32,000 nt of DNA from Pseudodesulfovibrio piezophilus C1TLV30. GTDB lineage: Bacteria > Desulfobacterota > Desulfovibrionia > Desulfovibrionales > Desulfovibrionaceae. How positions within the stretch are numbered: the first letter of the stretch is position 1; every line of letters begins with the position of its first letter. The DNA is taken from contig NC_020409.1 in assembly GCF_000341895.1 (NCBI RefSeq), positions 330,001-362,000 of the forward strand, given 5' to 3'. The notes beneath the pieces are model-generated. The model had not been told where the DNA came from. It made no database searches and was given only the letters and a program-made list of their open reading frames with translations. Below, piece after piece: positions 9,507-18,453 of this stretch. A program made the translations under genes and the position numbers.

Positions 9507-10235
9507 ATGCGTTCATCGCGCGTTTTTGTGTCCATACTCGTGCTTTGTCTCGTGTCTGGTTGTGCACTGATTGATAAATTTTTTCTTCCTCCTCCAGATG
9601 ATACTGCACAGGAACTCTATGAGGCCGGTATGGAATCCATGGGGGAAAAAGAATTTAGCACAGCGCAAGGGTATTTTACGAATCTTAAAGATCGTTTCCC
9701 GTTCAGTCCATATGCCCTGAAGGCCGAATTGGCTTTGGGTGATGCCTATTTTCTTGATGAAAAATATCAACTCTCTTTGGATGCATATAAAGAGTTTGAG
9801 GCTCTTCATCCCAGCAACTCAGAAATCCCATATGTTCTTTTCCAGATTGGAAAAGGTAACTATAATTTATTCAAATCAATTGATAGGCGTCAGGAAAATA
9901 TCAAGGAAGGACTAGAGTATTTTTATCGTCTAGAAGAAACTTATCCTGACTCAAAATACGCGAAGACCGCGCGCGAGTTGATTGTGCAGAGTCGAAGAAT
10001 ACTCGCAGAGCATGAAGTTTATATTGCGGATTTCTTTTGGCGTACTGAACAATATGGCCCAGCATGGCATCGGTATCAGTATGTTGTTGAAAATTTTTCA
10101 GACATTAAAGATTTGCGGGATTATGCCAGAAAAAGGGCAGAGTATTCATATTTTGAGTATCAAAAGACGATCTCGGAAGAGGAACGTTTGCGTATTCAAG
10201 GAAGTTGGAAGCTCTGGCTTAAGGAGTGGCTATAA
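9507..10235 (+). CDS. bamD: outer membrane protein assembly factor BamD (YfiO-like TPR lipoprotein)
   Basis: Lipobox LVSGC. Contains YFTNLKDRFPFSPYALKAELALGDAYF and YPDSKYAKTA, the BamD-type TPR pattern. Confidence 0.85.
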   Translation: MRSSRVFVSILVLCLVSGCALIDKFFLPPPDDTAQELYEAGMESMGEKEFSTAQGYFTNLKDRFPFSPYALKAELALGDAYFLDEKYQLSLDAYKEFEALHPSNSEIPYVLFQIGKGNYNLFKSIDRRQENIKEGLEYFYRLEETYPDSKYAKTARELIVQSRRILAEHEVYIADFFWRTEQYGPAWHRYQYVVENFSDIKDLRDYARKRAEYSYFEYQKTISEEERLRIQGSWKLWLKEWL

Positions 10236-10240
10236 AACAC

Positions 10241-10265
10241 AGGCGGTCTTCGACCGCCTTTTTAT
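10241..10265 (+). terminator. rho-independent terminator after bamD
   Basis: 8-bp GC-rich stem AGGCGGTC / GACCGCCT around a 3-nt loop (TTC), followed by TTTTTAT. Confidence 0.75.
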
Positions 10266-10268
10266 ATT

Positions 10269-11150
10269 ATGAAACATACATCTTTTTCTTTTCCAGACTG
10301 GATAAATGACTTCATTCCCGCGGATGAACTCTTTGCTCAGGCATACGATGGTATTGCCGATACTCAGCGGGCTTGGATGAAAACCGCCATTGCCCGCCTG
10401 TTTGACTGGTATGGCCCGCGCAAAGACACTTCCGGCCATGTGACCAGAATTTGGGATGCGGGCTTTAAAACCAGAACTGCCTATGAGGTCGTCGATTTTG
10501 CTGTTGTCCTTTTTGATGGTAGTCTTCAATCTCCCGCCCGATTGTTGGCAGCTTTGGTGCCGGCACTTGCAGGTGGGGTCAAAAATGTTCTGGCAATTCG
10601 TGTTTCAGCACAACCTCCCTGGCGCGAAGCTCTTTTAACCGGACTTGAATTGGCGGGGCAGGAACTGGTGGTTGATATGACGGATGTCCAAGTCCGTCGT
10701 TTGTTCAATGAGTTGAGAGATTCAAACCATACCGGAGCCGTGACGGTTCTTGGGCCTAAAGCCGCTGTGATCAAATCTTCCGAGCTTCAGGCTGCATCTC
10801 GTCTTTCTTTTTGGCGCCCCCGGTTTAGTCGAGCTGCCACCGTTTGGATGGATAAGACTGCTCCATTTGATCTGGAAACCCTCGCTTTCATTCATCCCGA
10901 TATCATTTTTAGTGTCTTTGGTGCTGAGTGTGAGATGCCCACTGATAATTTTTCATATGAAGGTGCCGATTTTGGTGATTGTCTCAATGCTCTTATTGAT
11001 GTCGCTTACCTTCCCGATGCCCGACTTCCCGATGCCCTCAACCGGGCAAAGTTGATTCTTGGTCCTGGGCAGGAGGGGTGTTGGATTTGGCCTGATCTAC
11101 ACCCTGAACACTTCCAATTTCATACTACAGCCTGGACCCTCGGAGGCTAA
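10269..11150 (+). CDS. hypothetical protein, weak histidinol-dehydrogenase-like resemblance
   Basis: Long open frame with coding-like composition. Its stop TAA (11148-11150) lies 1 nt before the EF-G ATG. The segment [36 protein letters not shown] resembles the HisD block [34 protein letters not shown] as I recall it. No SD sequence upstream. Confidence 0.6.
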   Translation: MKHTSFSFPDWINDFIPADELFAQAYDGIADTQRAWMKTAIARLFDWYGPRKDTSGHVTRIWDAGFKTRTAYEVVDFAVVLFDGSLQSPARLLAALVPALAGGVKNVLAIRVSAQPPWREALLTGLELAGQELVVDMTDVQVRRLFNELRDSNHTGAVTVLGPKAAVIKSSELQAASRLSFWRPRFSRAATVWMDKTAPFDLETLAFIHPDIIFSVFGAECEMPTDNFSYEGADFGDCLNALIDVAYLPDARLPDALNRAKLILGPGQEGCWIWPDLHPEHFQFHTTAWTLGG

Positions 11151-11151
11151 T

Positions 11152-13203
11152 ATGGGCAAAAGCAATGCTCCTTCTGCGAAAGCTTTGCAGAATCTTCGCA
11201 ATATAGGGATTATCGCTCATATTGATGCGGGAAAAACTACTCTCTCAGAGAGGATATTGTATTATTCAGGGAAGATACATAGGATTGGGGAGGTTCATGA
11301 AGGGACAGCCACCATGGACTATATGCCAGAGGAACAGGAGCGAGGGATTACGATCACTTCTGCGGTAACATCATGCCAATGGGACCCGTGCATGATTAAT
11401 ATCATTGATACTCCTGGGCATGTTGATTTTACCATTGAAGTTGAGCGTTCTCTGAGGGTTTTAGATGGTGCCGTTGGTGTCTTTTGTGGTGTAAGCGGAG
11501 TAGAGCCACAATCGGAAACAGTGTGGAGGCAAAGTGAAGCCTATCATGTGCCAAAAATAGTTTTTGTCAATAAAATGGATCGTCTCGGTGCTTGCTTTGA
11601 AGGGGTTGTCAATTCTATAACTGAGAAGCTGGGGGCCTTGGCTCTCCCCATTCAGTTCCCGGATGGAGAAGGGGTTGATTTCAAAGGGGTCTTTGATCTT
11701 GTTTCAATGAAACGACTTGAGTTTGATGCTGAGTCAAATGGGGAGATCTTTGAATCGGTTGAACTCAGTGAAGACGAGATTGACAGACTTGCTCCTTGGA
11801 GAGAACGACTTCTTGAAGTTGCTTCGGATGAGGATGAAGAAATTTTGGAATTATATCTGGGTGGGGAAGATATACCACCTGCGAAAATACGTTCAGCTCT
11901 TCGCAAGGGAACGCTTGAAAGGCGTTTTGTGCCGGTTTTAGTTGGTTCGGCACTCAAAAATATTGGCGTGCAGCCGGTGTTGGATGCTGTCTGCGATTAC
12001 CTTCCAAGCCCGCTTGATGTCCCCCCTGCTATGGGAATTGATCCAACATCCAGAAAAAAGAGTGCTTTTAAGGTCTCTCATAAAGAACCGCTTTCTGCCC
12101 TTGTGTTTAAAGTGGTCATGGACTCAGGGCGTAAGTTGGCCATGATGCGGCTTTATTCAGGAAAGATCACGACGACAGTACCAGTCTATAATGTGACACA
12201 GGGGAAGTCTGAACGTGTCGCCCGTCTATTTCGTCTTCATGCTGGACGAAAGGAAAAAATAGATGTGGCTTATGCAGGTGATATGATTGGTGCAACGGGA
12301 ATGAAATTTGCGCGGACTGGGGATACTCTCTGCTCTGAGGAATCCCCTCTTCTTTTAGAACAGATTGCCGATTATAAGCCCGTTATTTCACTTGCGATAG
12401 AGCCACGAAACTCTGAAGAGGCAGAGAAGCTTGATGAAGCGCTTGAAAAATATCTTTTGGAAGACCCGACTCTGAACTTGAAACGCGACGGTGATACCGA
12501 TCAGATTATTCTATCAGGGATGGGTGAGCTTCATCTCATTGTCGTTTTGGAAAGATTAAAGCGCGAATATAAATTGGAACCAAGGGCTGGAAAGCCTCAA
12601 GTTGTTTATCAGGAAACTGTTATGACCAAGGCTCAGGGCAGTGGGGAATTCCATAGAGAACTGGGTGATGCCATGCACTATGGTAAGGTCTTGCTTTCAG
12701 TGGAGCCACGAGAGCGCGGGCAGGGATGTAAGATTTCGTTTGAATTCGCTTATGATGAATGGCCTGATACTTGGGTTGAAGCTGTAGAGGATGGTATTTC
12801 TGATGGTCTTCAAAGTGGCACTGTCCGAGGCTATCCTGTGCAGGATATACGGGTACGGGTTCTTGGAATGGAACGGATAGACGGTCAATCAACTCCCGTC
12901 GGCTATCGTATGGCATCTGCAGGAGCTCTCAAACAGGCTCTGTCTTTGGCATCTCCCAAGCTGATGGAACCGATTATGTGGATTGAAGTTAATGTGCCGG
13001 AGAATTTTGTGGGAGAAGTTGTGGGGCTTCTGGGCTCTCTTGGGGCAAAAATAGAAAACATGCTTGATAAGGCTGGTCATAAGATTGTACAGGGTCTTGC
13101 GCCATTGGAAAGTTTGTTTGGGTTTTCGACCGAATTGCGTTCAGCGACGCAGGGCCGAGCTGGTTTTATCATGAAATTTCATCGGTTTGATGTTTTGGAG
13201 TAG
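11152..13203 (+). CDS. fusA: elongation factor G paralogue (EF-G2-like translational GTPase)
   Basis: G motifs [14 protein letters not shown] and NKMD, and full five-domain EF-G length. The ATG at 11152 follows GGAGG (11142-11146). The track start 11059 is an upstream extension overlapping the previous gene. No rpsL, rpsG or tuf gene is nearby. Confidence 0.92.
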   Translation: MGKSNAPSAKALQNLRNIGIIAHIDAGKTTLSERILYYSGKIHRIGEVHEGTATMDYMPEEQERGITITSAVTSCQWDPCMINIIDTPGHVDFTIEVERSLRVLDGAVGVFCGVSGVEPQSETVWRQSEAYHVPKIVFVNKMDRLGACFEGVVNSITEKLGALALPIQFPDGEGVDFKGVFDLVSMKRLEFDAESNGEIFESVELSEDEIDRLAPWRERLLEVASDEDEEILELYLGGEDIPPAKIRSALRKGTLERRFVPVLVGSALKNIGVQPVLDAVCDYLPSPLDVPPAMGIDPTSRKKSAFKVSHKEPLSALVFKVVMDSGRKLAMMRLYSGKITTTVPVYNVTQGKSERVARLFRLHAGRKEKIDVAYAGDMIGATGMKFARTGDTLCSEESPLLLEQIADYKPVISLAIEPRNSEEAEKLDEALEKYLLEDPTLNLKRDGDTDQIILSGMGELHLIVVLERLKREYKLEPRAGKPQVVYQETVMTKAQGSGEFHRELGDAMHYGKVLLSVEPRERGQGCKISFEFAYDEWPDTWVEAVEDGISDGLQSGTVRGYPVQDIRVRVLGMERIDGQSTPVGYRMASAGALKQALSLASPKLMEPIMWIEVNVPENFVGEVVGLLGSLGAKIENMLDKAGHKIVQGLAPLESLFGFSTELRSATQGRAGFIMKFHRFDVLE

Positions 13204-13206
13204 TGA

Positions 13207-13743
13207 GTGAGTGACCTCCGTCGACATTCTCTTGAAGAGGGAAAAAGTAGAGACAAGAAAGACTGGCTGATTGGTTCCAAGAGGTGGTTTAAATACTGGT
13301 ATTTACGCCTGATGCGTCAAAATTCTTCGCCGAAGAATTTGGCTGCTGCCATGGCCCTTGGTATGTTCATCGGAGCCATGCCAATAATTCCCTTCCAGTC
13401 GATTGTTGTTATTGCGTTGGCATTTCTCTTCAGAGTCAATAAGCTGGCAGCGTGGCTTGCGACGTGTTATTCCAACGCTGCGACAATGGTTCCCTTTTAT
13501 TACTTCCTTTTTAAGGTGGGGAATTCGGTCACTTCTTTTAGTAATGTTGTGTTCGATCCACAGAATCTGGAAATGGCAAAGATGATCTCTGCGGGATGGG
13601 ATGTTTTTCTGATCATGTTTGTCGGCGGTTTGGCTTTTGGGGTTCCAGCTACAATAATAACATATTTTTTCTCATTATATATAATCAGGCGTTATCGGAA
13701 GCGCCGCGCGATCAAACAACTCAGAAAGAGAACTGGTAACTGA
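13207..13743 (+). CDS. DUF2062-family membrane protein
   Basis: GTG start 3 nt after the EF-G stop. Contains SPKNLAAAMALGMFIGAMPIIPFQSIVVIALAF and WLATCYSNAATMVPFYYF, typical of DUF2062, with 3-4 TM helices. Confidence 0.8.
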   Translation: MSDLRRHSLEEGKSRDKKDWLIGSKRWFKYWYLRLMRQNSSPKNLAAAMALGMFIGAMPIIPFQSIVVIALAFLFRVNKLAAWLATCYSNAATMVPFYYFLFKVGNSVTSFSNVVFDPQNLEMAKMISAGWDVFLIMFVGGLAFGVPATIITYFFSLYIIRRYRKRRAIKQLRKRTGN

Positions 13744-13797
13744 TCCACCACGTCTTTTTGATGTGCTTTTACCTATTTTAAATCAATAAAGAATTGA

Positions 13798-13846
13798 CCG
13801 TCGAGCCTCAGCGTACCTCATTTACGCTGAGGCTCGACGGTATTTG
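13798..13846 (+). terminator. long perfect hairpin, probable terminator of the fusA-DUF2062 unit
   Basis: 17-bp perfect stem CCGTCGAGCCTCAGCGT (13798-13814) / ACGCTGAGGCTCGACGG (13824-13840). The tail is weak (TATTTGG). Confidence 0.55.
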
Positions 13847-14001
13847 GAATCATGAATAACAAATCTAATCAGAGAGATTCCCGCCGTATTCATCTCACTT
13901 GATTGCTTTTCCCAATAATAGGGAGTAATTACTTACTTAGTAATCCCTGTTTTTTATCAATATTATGCTGGCTTAATCATAAAACCAATGGAGTTAAGTT
14001 G

Positions 14002-16080
14002 ATGAAGATCAAATCTCACTGGTTGCTTCTGGTTTTTTGGTTTTTTTTATGTGGGGTCTTTGGCTTGGCTTTTGTTGTGGGGAATGGGGGGGCTTTTAGC
14101 GGGGCAGTAATTGTCTCATTTATCATTATAGTGGGTGGGATGATTTATATACGGGCCTCGCAAAAGAAATTTTACAAGGTTCTTGATGAGCTAGTCGAGC
14201 CGTCCTTTTTGGAAAAAAAAATTTGTTTTGAACCTACCACAAATTTTGAAAAGTCAGTTTGTTCCTTGGCTTCGGTTTTGCGAGAAAAGCAAAAGGCCAT
14301 ATCTTTTTATGAAGAATCTTTGAAGAATATTGGGAGCCCTCTTTTTATTTTTGATCAAATGGGGCGGATAATTTGGGTTGGATCACCTGCTTTGGCGCTT
14401 GTGCAAAGAACGCCTACCCAGGTGATTGGCTTTTCCTTTGCACAGGCCTTCTTTAATGAAACAGTTCCAACTGAGGTTGAGAAAGCGCTCCAAAGTCATC
14501 AATCGGTCATAGTTTCCCTTGAGCGGAAACTGTGGGATGGCAGACCTCTTAAGGGCAAAATGTTTGTGAATCCGGTGATTGCTTCTGATGATCAAATTGG
14601 AGCTGTGGGTTTTTTTGTGGATACGACTGAGTTGATAGAGCAGGCTCAGGCGACGCAGCAAGAACGTATTATTCATGCAGGAGAAACATTGAGCGGGCTT
14701 GCTGAACATTTAGCATCAGCAACGGAACTTTTATCTGCCTCTGCGGATGATCAAGCTCAGGGAGCGAAAAAACAGCGTAGTCAAACGGAAGCAGTCGCTT
14801 CAGCCATGGAAGAAATGACAGGGACTGTTATTAATGTTGCCCAGAATGCCGCGGCAACAAGTGATGCTGCGAAAGACGCACAACAGTCTGCTGCTCAAGG
14901 TGTTTCTATGGTAAACAAAGCTGTTGCAGCGATTACTGGGGTCGCCGAATCCACCGATACGTTGGGCCATCAAATTTCCGAACTTGATTCTCAAGCTGGA
15001 GATATAGGGAAAATAATCAACACTATAAGTGAGATAGCTGATCAAACTAATTTGCTCGCTCTCAATGCTGCTATTGAGGCTGCGCGGGCTGGCGAAGCAG
15101 GGCGAGGCTTTGCTGTGGTAGCAGATGAAGTCCGAAAATTGGCTGAAAAAACAGTTTTGGCAACCAAAGATGTTTCGGAAGTTATTCAAAATATTCAAAA
15201 ACAGTCACATGATGCATCAGACACAATGCGAACGACAGAACATCTCGTTCTGGAAAGTACAGATTTGTCTAATTTGGCAGGCGATGCTCTTCAGCAAATT
15301 CTCACTAGTATGGATAATATGGTTGCAAGAGTCTCTCAGATTGCGACAGCCGCAGAGCAACAGTCGACAGCTGCTGAGCTGATAAATAGAAGTATTGATG
15401 AGATTGCTGAAATAGCGAGTGACTCTGACGAAGCTGCAGATCAGGCAGCAGGAGCAACACGAGATTTGGCTGGTCTGGCTCGGGAACTTTTGGGTGTTGC
15501 AAATGAATTCATGCACGGGGGTGGTGAAGGGCGCTTGCTGGAATCCGGAACAACGCTCAATGGTGTCCTTCCAATAATCACTCAGGATTTTATTCGACAA
15601 ACATATGGAGCTGAAGCCTATGATGGTTTGCAAGAAGAGATGGGGATCAAGACATTTCTGCCAACGGAAAGTTATTCAGATTCGGTCATGATGGAAATGG
15701 CAGAGTTGCTCTCAGCTTTGGAAGGAGTTGCAGTAAGGGATTTCTTCTTGGATCTTGGGCGAGTTACGATTAAAAAGTTTCATGAAATGTACCCTCAGCA
15801 CTTCCAGGATGAACCTTTGAAGAATTTTTATTTGAGAATGAATGATATTTACGGGGAATTACTTTCAAAAAATAACGGGGTCAGGCTGCCGAGCTTTACT
15901 TTTGAAGACAAAGGAGATGAGTTGTTTATAAACTATAGGTCTGGTCGTGGATTCTTCGATTTTTTTGAAGGGGTGCTTCTGGGGGCGGCTGATTTCAAGG
16001 GAGAAAAGGTTTCCATAGCAATCAAACCACTGGATGAAAATACAGCCAGAGCAGAAATTCTCTTCTACGGAAAAGCATGA
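14002..16080 (+). CDS. methyl-accepting chemotaxis protein: TM hairpin, PAS, MA signalling domain, C-terminal H-NOX-like domain
   Basis: The ATG at 14002 follows GGAG. Two adjacent TM helices with no periplasmic domain. PAS-like block ([15 protein letters not shown]...[11 protein letters not shown]). Invariant MCP hairpin tip [41 protein letters not shown]. The last ~174 aa align by eye to H-NOX. Confidence 0.92.
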   Translation: MKIKSHWLLLVFWFFLCGVFGLAFVVGNGGAFSGAVIVSFIIIVGGMIYIRASQKKFYKVLDELVEPSFLEKKICFEPTTNFEKSVCSLASVLREKQKAISFYEESLKNIGSPLFIFDQMGRIIWVGSPALALVQRTPTQVIGFSFAQAFFNETVPTEVEKALQSHQSVIVSLERKLWDGRPLKGKMFVNPVIASDDQIGAVGFFVDTTELIEQAQATQQERIIHAGETLSGLAEHLASATELLSASADDQAQGAKKQRSQTEAVASAMEEMTGTVINVAQNAAATSDAAKDAQQSAAQGVSMVNKAVAAITGVAESTDTLGHQISELDSQAGDIGKIINTISEIADQTNLLALNAAIEAARAGEAGRGFAVVADEVRKLAEKTVLATKDVSEVIQNIQKQSHDASDTMRTTEHLVLESTDLSNLAGDALQQILTSMDNMVARVSQIATAAEQQSTAAELINRSIDEIAEIASDSDEAADQAAGATRDLAGLARELLGVANEFMHGGGEGRLLESGTTLNGVLPIITQDFIRQTYGAEAYDGLQEEMGIKTFLPTESYSDSVMMEMAELLSALEGVAVRDFFLDLGRVTIKKFHEMYPQHFQDEPLKNFYLRMNDIYGELLSKNNGVRLPSFTFEDKGDELFINYRSGRGFFDFFEGVLLGAADFKGEKVSIAIKPLDENTARAEILFYGKA

Positions 16081-16211
16081 TCTTTTTCAGTTTATAATTT
16101 ATAATGGGCTACTTGTGTTCTTTTCTGTGATAGTGATCATGGCATTGAATATGAGAGCGTTTTTTCAAGATGTACATCACGGTAGTTAGCATTCATTGAG
16201 GAGCATTGAGG

Positions 16212-18416
16212 ATGTCCGACGATCTCAACAGGCAGATATTCAGAGAAGAAGCTTACGATCTCCTTGGAGAACTTGAAGGCGCTTTGCTTGAGTTGGAAGA
16301 AAATCCAGATGATATGGATTTGATTAATCAGATTTTTCGTGCCCTGCATACCATAAAAGGGTCCGGGTCCATGTTTGGATTCGAGGATATTGCCGAATTC
16401 ACTCATGAAGTTGAAACTGTTTTTGATATAGTTAGAAATGGTGAACTGAAAGTTTCACCAGCTCTGTGCGGTCTTGGGCTCAAATCGCGTGATTATATCA
16501 AGTCTATGCTCGACGGTGAAGCGGCAGCAGATTCTCCTGTGAGGGATGAAATCCTTGATGGTTTGAAGGATATTTCAGGGATGGGTGATGCTGAAGAGCC
16601 CAGGCTCGTGGAAAGTTCGGAAGTTCTTGTTTCACCGGATGACATAGAGGAGGGGGGCGAATCCTCTGATTCTGTCCGCTATAAAATCAGGATGATCCCC
16701 AGACCTGGTTCAGATGTTGATGAGTCGATGCTTAAATCCGTTTTCGACGAGCTTGAAACTCTTGGGGAATTTTCTATCGTTTCCAGACCTCAAGATTCAG
16801 ATGGGACACACCCACTTGGAGGTGAATGGGAACTGTCTCTTGACACTGCTGTGGGCGTGGATGATGTCAATGATGTATTTCTTTTTGTTGATGCTGATTT
16901 GGCCATTGAAATAAGTGAATTTAATGAGTCTCTATCGAGTTCTCTTAATGGGGAAGCGGAAGGAGTTACCACATCTCCTGAGCAAATTGTTCCGACTTCT
17001 CCTCTTGCACCCCCAAAAACATTGCAGCCTACAGGGGCTGGCACACCCCTTGAAACTCCGCCTCCCAAGCTTGGAGAGTTGTTGATCGATTCTGGAGAAT
17101 TGACGGAAAGAGATGTTCAAGAGGCTCTCCAAAAACAGAAACCATTGGGCCAGATTCTCGCAGAGGATGGAAAGATCGAGCCGGATAAGGTTGAGAAAGC
17201 TGTTCAAAAGCAAATAGAAGTCAAGGAAAGAGAAGCCAATAAGAAACGTCAGGAAGCAATGTCTTCTATTCGAGTTGCTGCGGACAAATTGGATTTTCTT
17301 GTCGATCTTGTTGGTGAATTGGTCATTGTTCAGGCCCAGATATCTCAGGTTGTCAGTGAGAGGAATGATCCGCAAATGACTGCTCTGGCTGAGGAGCTGG
17401 AGCGTTTGAGTGATGAGTTGCGAGATTCTACTCTGGGTATACGCATGTTGCCGATTGGCACTTCCTTTTCCAAATTTAAACGGTTAGTGCGTGATCTTTC
17501 CGGTGAGCTTGGCAAGGAGATTGGACTGTCGACAAGTGGAGAAGACACTGAGCTTGATAAAACAGTGATTGAGCGACTTGGCGATCCTATGGTCCATTTA
17601 TTGAGAAACAGTCTTGACCATGGAATTGAAACCCCCGAGGAGCGTCAGGCACAAGGTAAGCCATCTCAAGGGATGATTCTTCTTTCTGCCGAGCATTCCG
17701 GTGGTGAAGTCCTGATTAGAATCACGGATGATGGACGTGGGATGAGTACGGAAGCCATTCGTGAGAAAGCCATCGAACGCGGTTTGATCCTGAGAGATAC
17801 CGAGTTGACAGAAAAAGAATTGCTAAAACTCATTTTCGAGCCAGGTTTCTCAACAGCAAAAGAAGTGACAAATGTCTCTGGTAGGGGAGTCGGGATGGAC
17901 GTGGTCAAACGTGCCATTGATTCTTTGCGGGGGACTATCGATATTGACAGCAAACCGGGACAAGGGACGACAATTACGATTCGATTGCCTTTGACTCTGG
18001 CCATTATAGATGGTTTGCAGGTTCGCGTTGAAAATGAGTATTATGTTATTCCCTTATCCTTGGTTGAAGAGTGCGTTGAACTCTCTCGAAGTGAAGTAGA
18101 AGCGAGTGATTCTGCACAGCGAATTTTGCATCTGAGAGGGGAGATTGTCCCCTATATCCATATTCGTGATTGGTTTGATATTGAGGGAGATAACCCTCCC
18201 ATTGAGCAGATTGTGATAACCGGAGTCGAAGGGAGCCGGGTTGGCATTGTCGTGGATACAGTCATCGGTGAGCATCAGACCGTCATCAAGAGTTTGAGTC
18301 GAGTTTACAAGGACGTTGAGGGCATTTCCGGAGCCACAATTAAAGGGGATGGTTCCATTGCATTGATCTTGGATATACCAAGTTTGGTTCGTCGTGTTGT
18401 GGCTGAATCCAAGTAA
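16212..18416 (+). CDS. cheA: chemotaxis histidine kinase CheA
   Basis: Hpt P1 domain with FRALHTIKGSG. Also a dimerisation segment, HATPase boxes (HLLRNSLDHGIE, DDGRGM, GRGVGMD, GQGTT) and a C-terminal CheW-like P5 domain. The ATG at 16212 follows GAGGAG. Confidence 0.93.
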   Translation: MSDDLNRQIFREEAYDLLGELEGALLELEENPDDMDLINQIFRALHTIKGSGSMFGFEDIAEFTHEVETVFDIVRNGELKVSPALCGLGLKSRDYIKSMLDGEAAADSPVRDEILDGLKDISGMGDAEEPRLVESSEVLVSPDDIEEGGESSDSVRYKIRMIPRPGSDVDESMLKSVFDELETLGEFSIVSRPQDSDGTHPLGGEWELSLDTAVGVDDVNDVFLFVDADLAIEISEFNESLSSSLNGEAEGVTTSPEQIVPTSPLAPPKTLQPTGAGTPLETPPPKLGELLIDSGELTERDVQEALQKQKPLGQILAEDGKIEPDKVEKAVQKQIEVKEREANKKRQEAMSSIRVAADKLDFLVDLVGELVIVQAQISQVVSERNDPQMTALAEELERLSDELRDSTLGIRMLPIGTSFSKFKRLVRDLSGELGKEIGLSTSGEDTELDKTVIERLGDPMVHLLRNSLDHGIETPEERQAQGKPSQGMILLSAEHSGGEVLIRITDDGRGMSTEAIREKAIERGLILRDTELTEKELLKLIFEPGFSTAKEVTNVSGRGVGMDVVKRAIDSLRGTIDIDSKPGQGTTITIRLPLTLAIIDGLQVRVENEYYVIPLSLVEECVELSRSEVEASDSAQRILHLRGEIVPYIHIRDWFDIEGDNPPIEQIVITGVEGSRVGIVVDTVIGEHQTVIKSLSRVYKDVEGISGATIKGDGSIALILDIPSLVRRVVAESK

Positions 18417-18453
18417 CGTGCTTCATCATTAGTTACTTACGAGGCGTTGATAA

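Noticed and set aside
11059-11151. Upstream extensions of track ORFs: EF-G from 11059, MCP from 13903, dapB from 30540, DUF368 from 1131, the 157-aa ORF from 25593, uvrB from 25581 and cheA from 16206
   Set aside because: The extensions overlap preceding genes or use TTG/GTG starts without an SD sequence. Internal ATGs with good SD sequences give N-termini that match the respective families.
13921-13955. AT-rich imperfect hairpin GGGAGTAATTACTTACTTAGTAATCCC followed by TGTTTTTT in the MCP leader (attenuator-like)
   Set aside because: The stem has only 4+5 bp with an internal loop, mostly A-T pairs. No upstream promoter or leader peptide could be identified, so the evidence is too weak to call.
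14213-14221. A9 homopolymer inside the MCP coding region (and T6/T8 runs at 14033-14048), considered as a phase-variation slip site
   Set aside because: The runs encode the ordinary sequences Lys-Lys and Phe-rich TM helix, are short for slipped-strand switching, and give no evidence of variation within a single sequence.
16093-16212. Tandem TTTATAAT-TTATAAT (16091-16105) and duplicated CATTGAGGA (16194-16202 and 16204-16212) upstream of cheA
   Set aside because: These are short repeats. No matching -35 element sits at the right spacing for the TATAAT copies. The second repeat most simply reflects an SD-like GAGGA near the start codon. A possible internal promoter is not supportable by eye.
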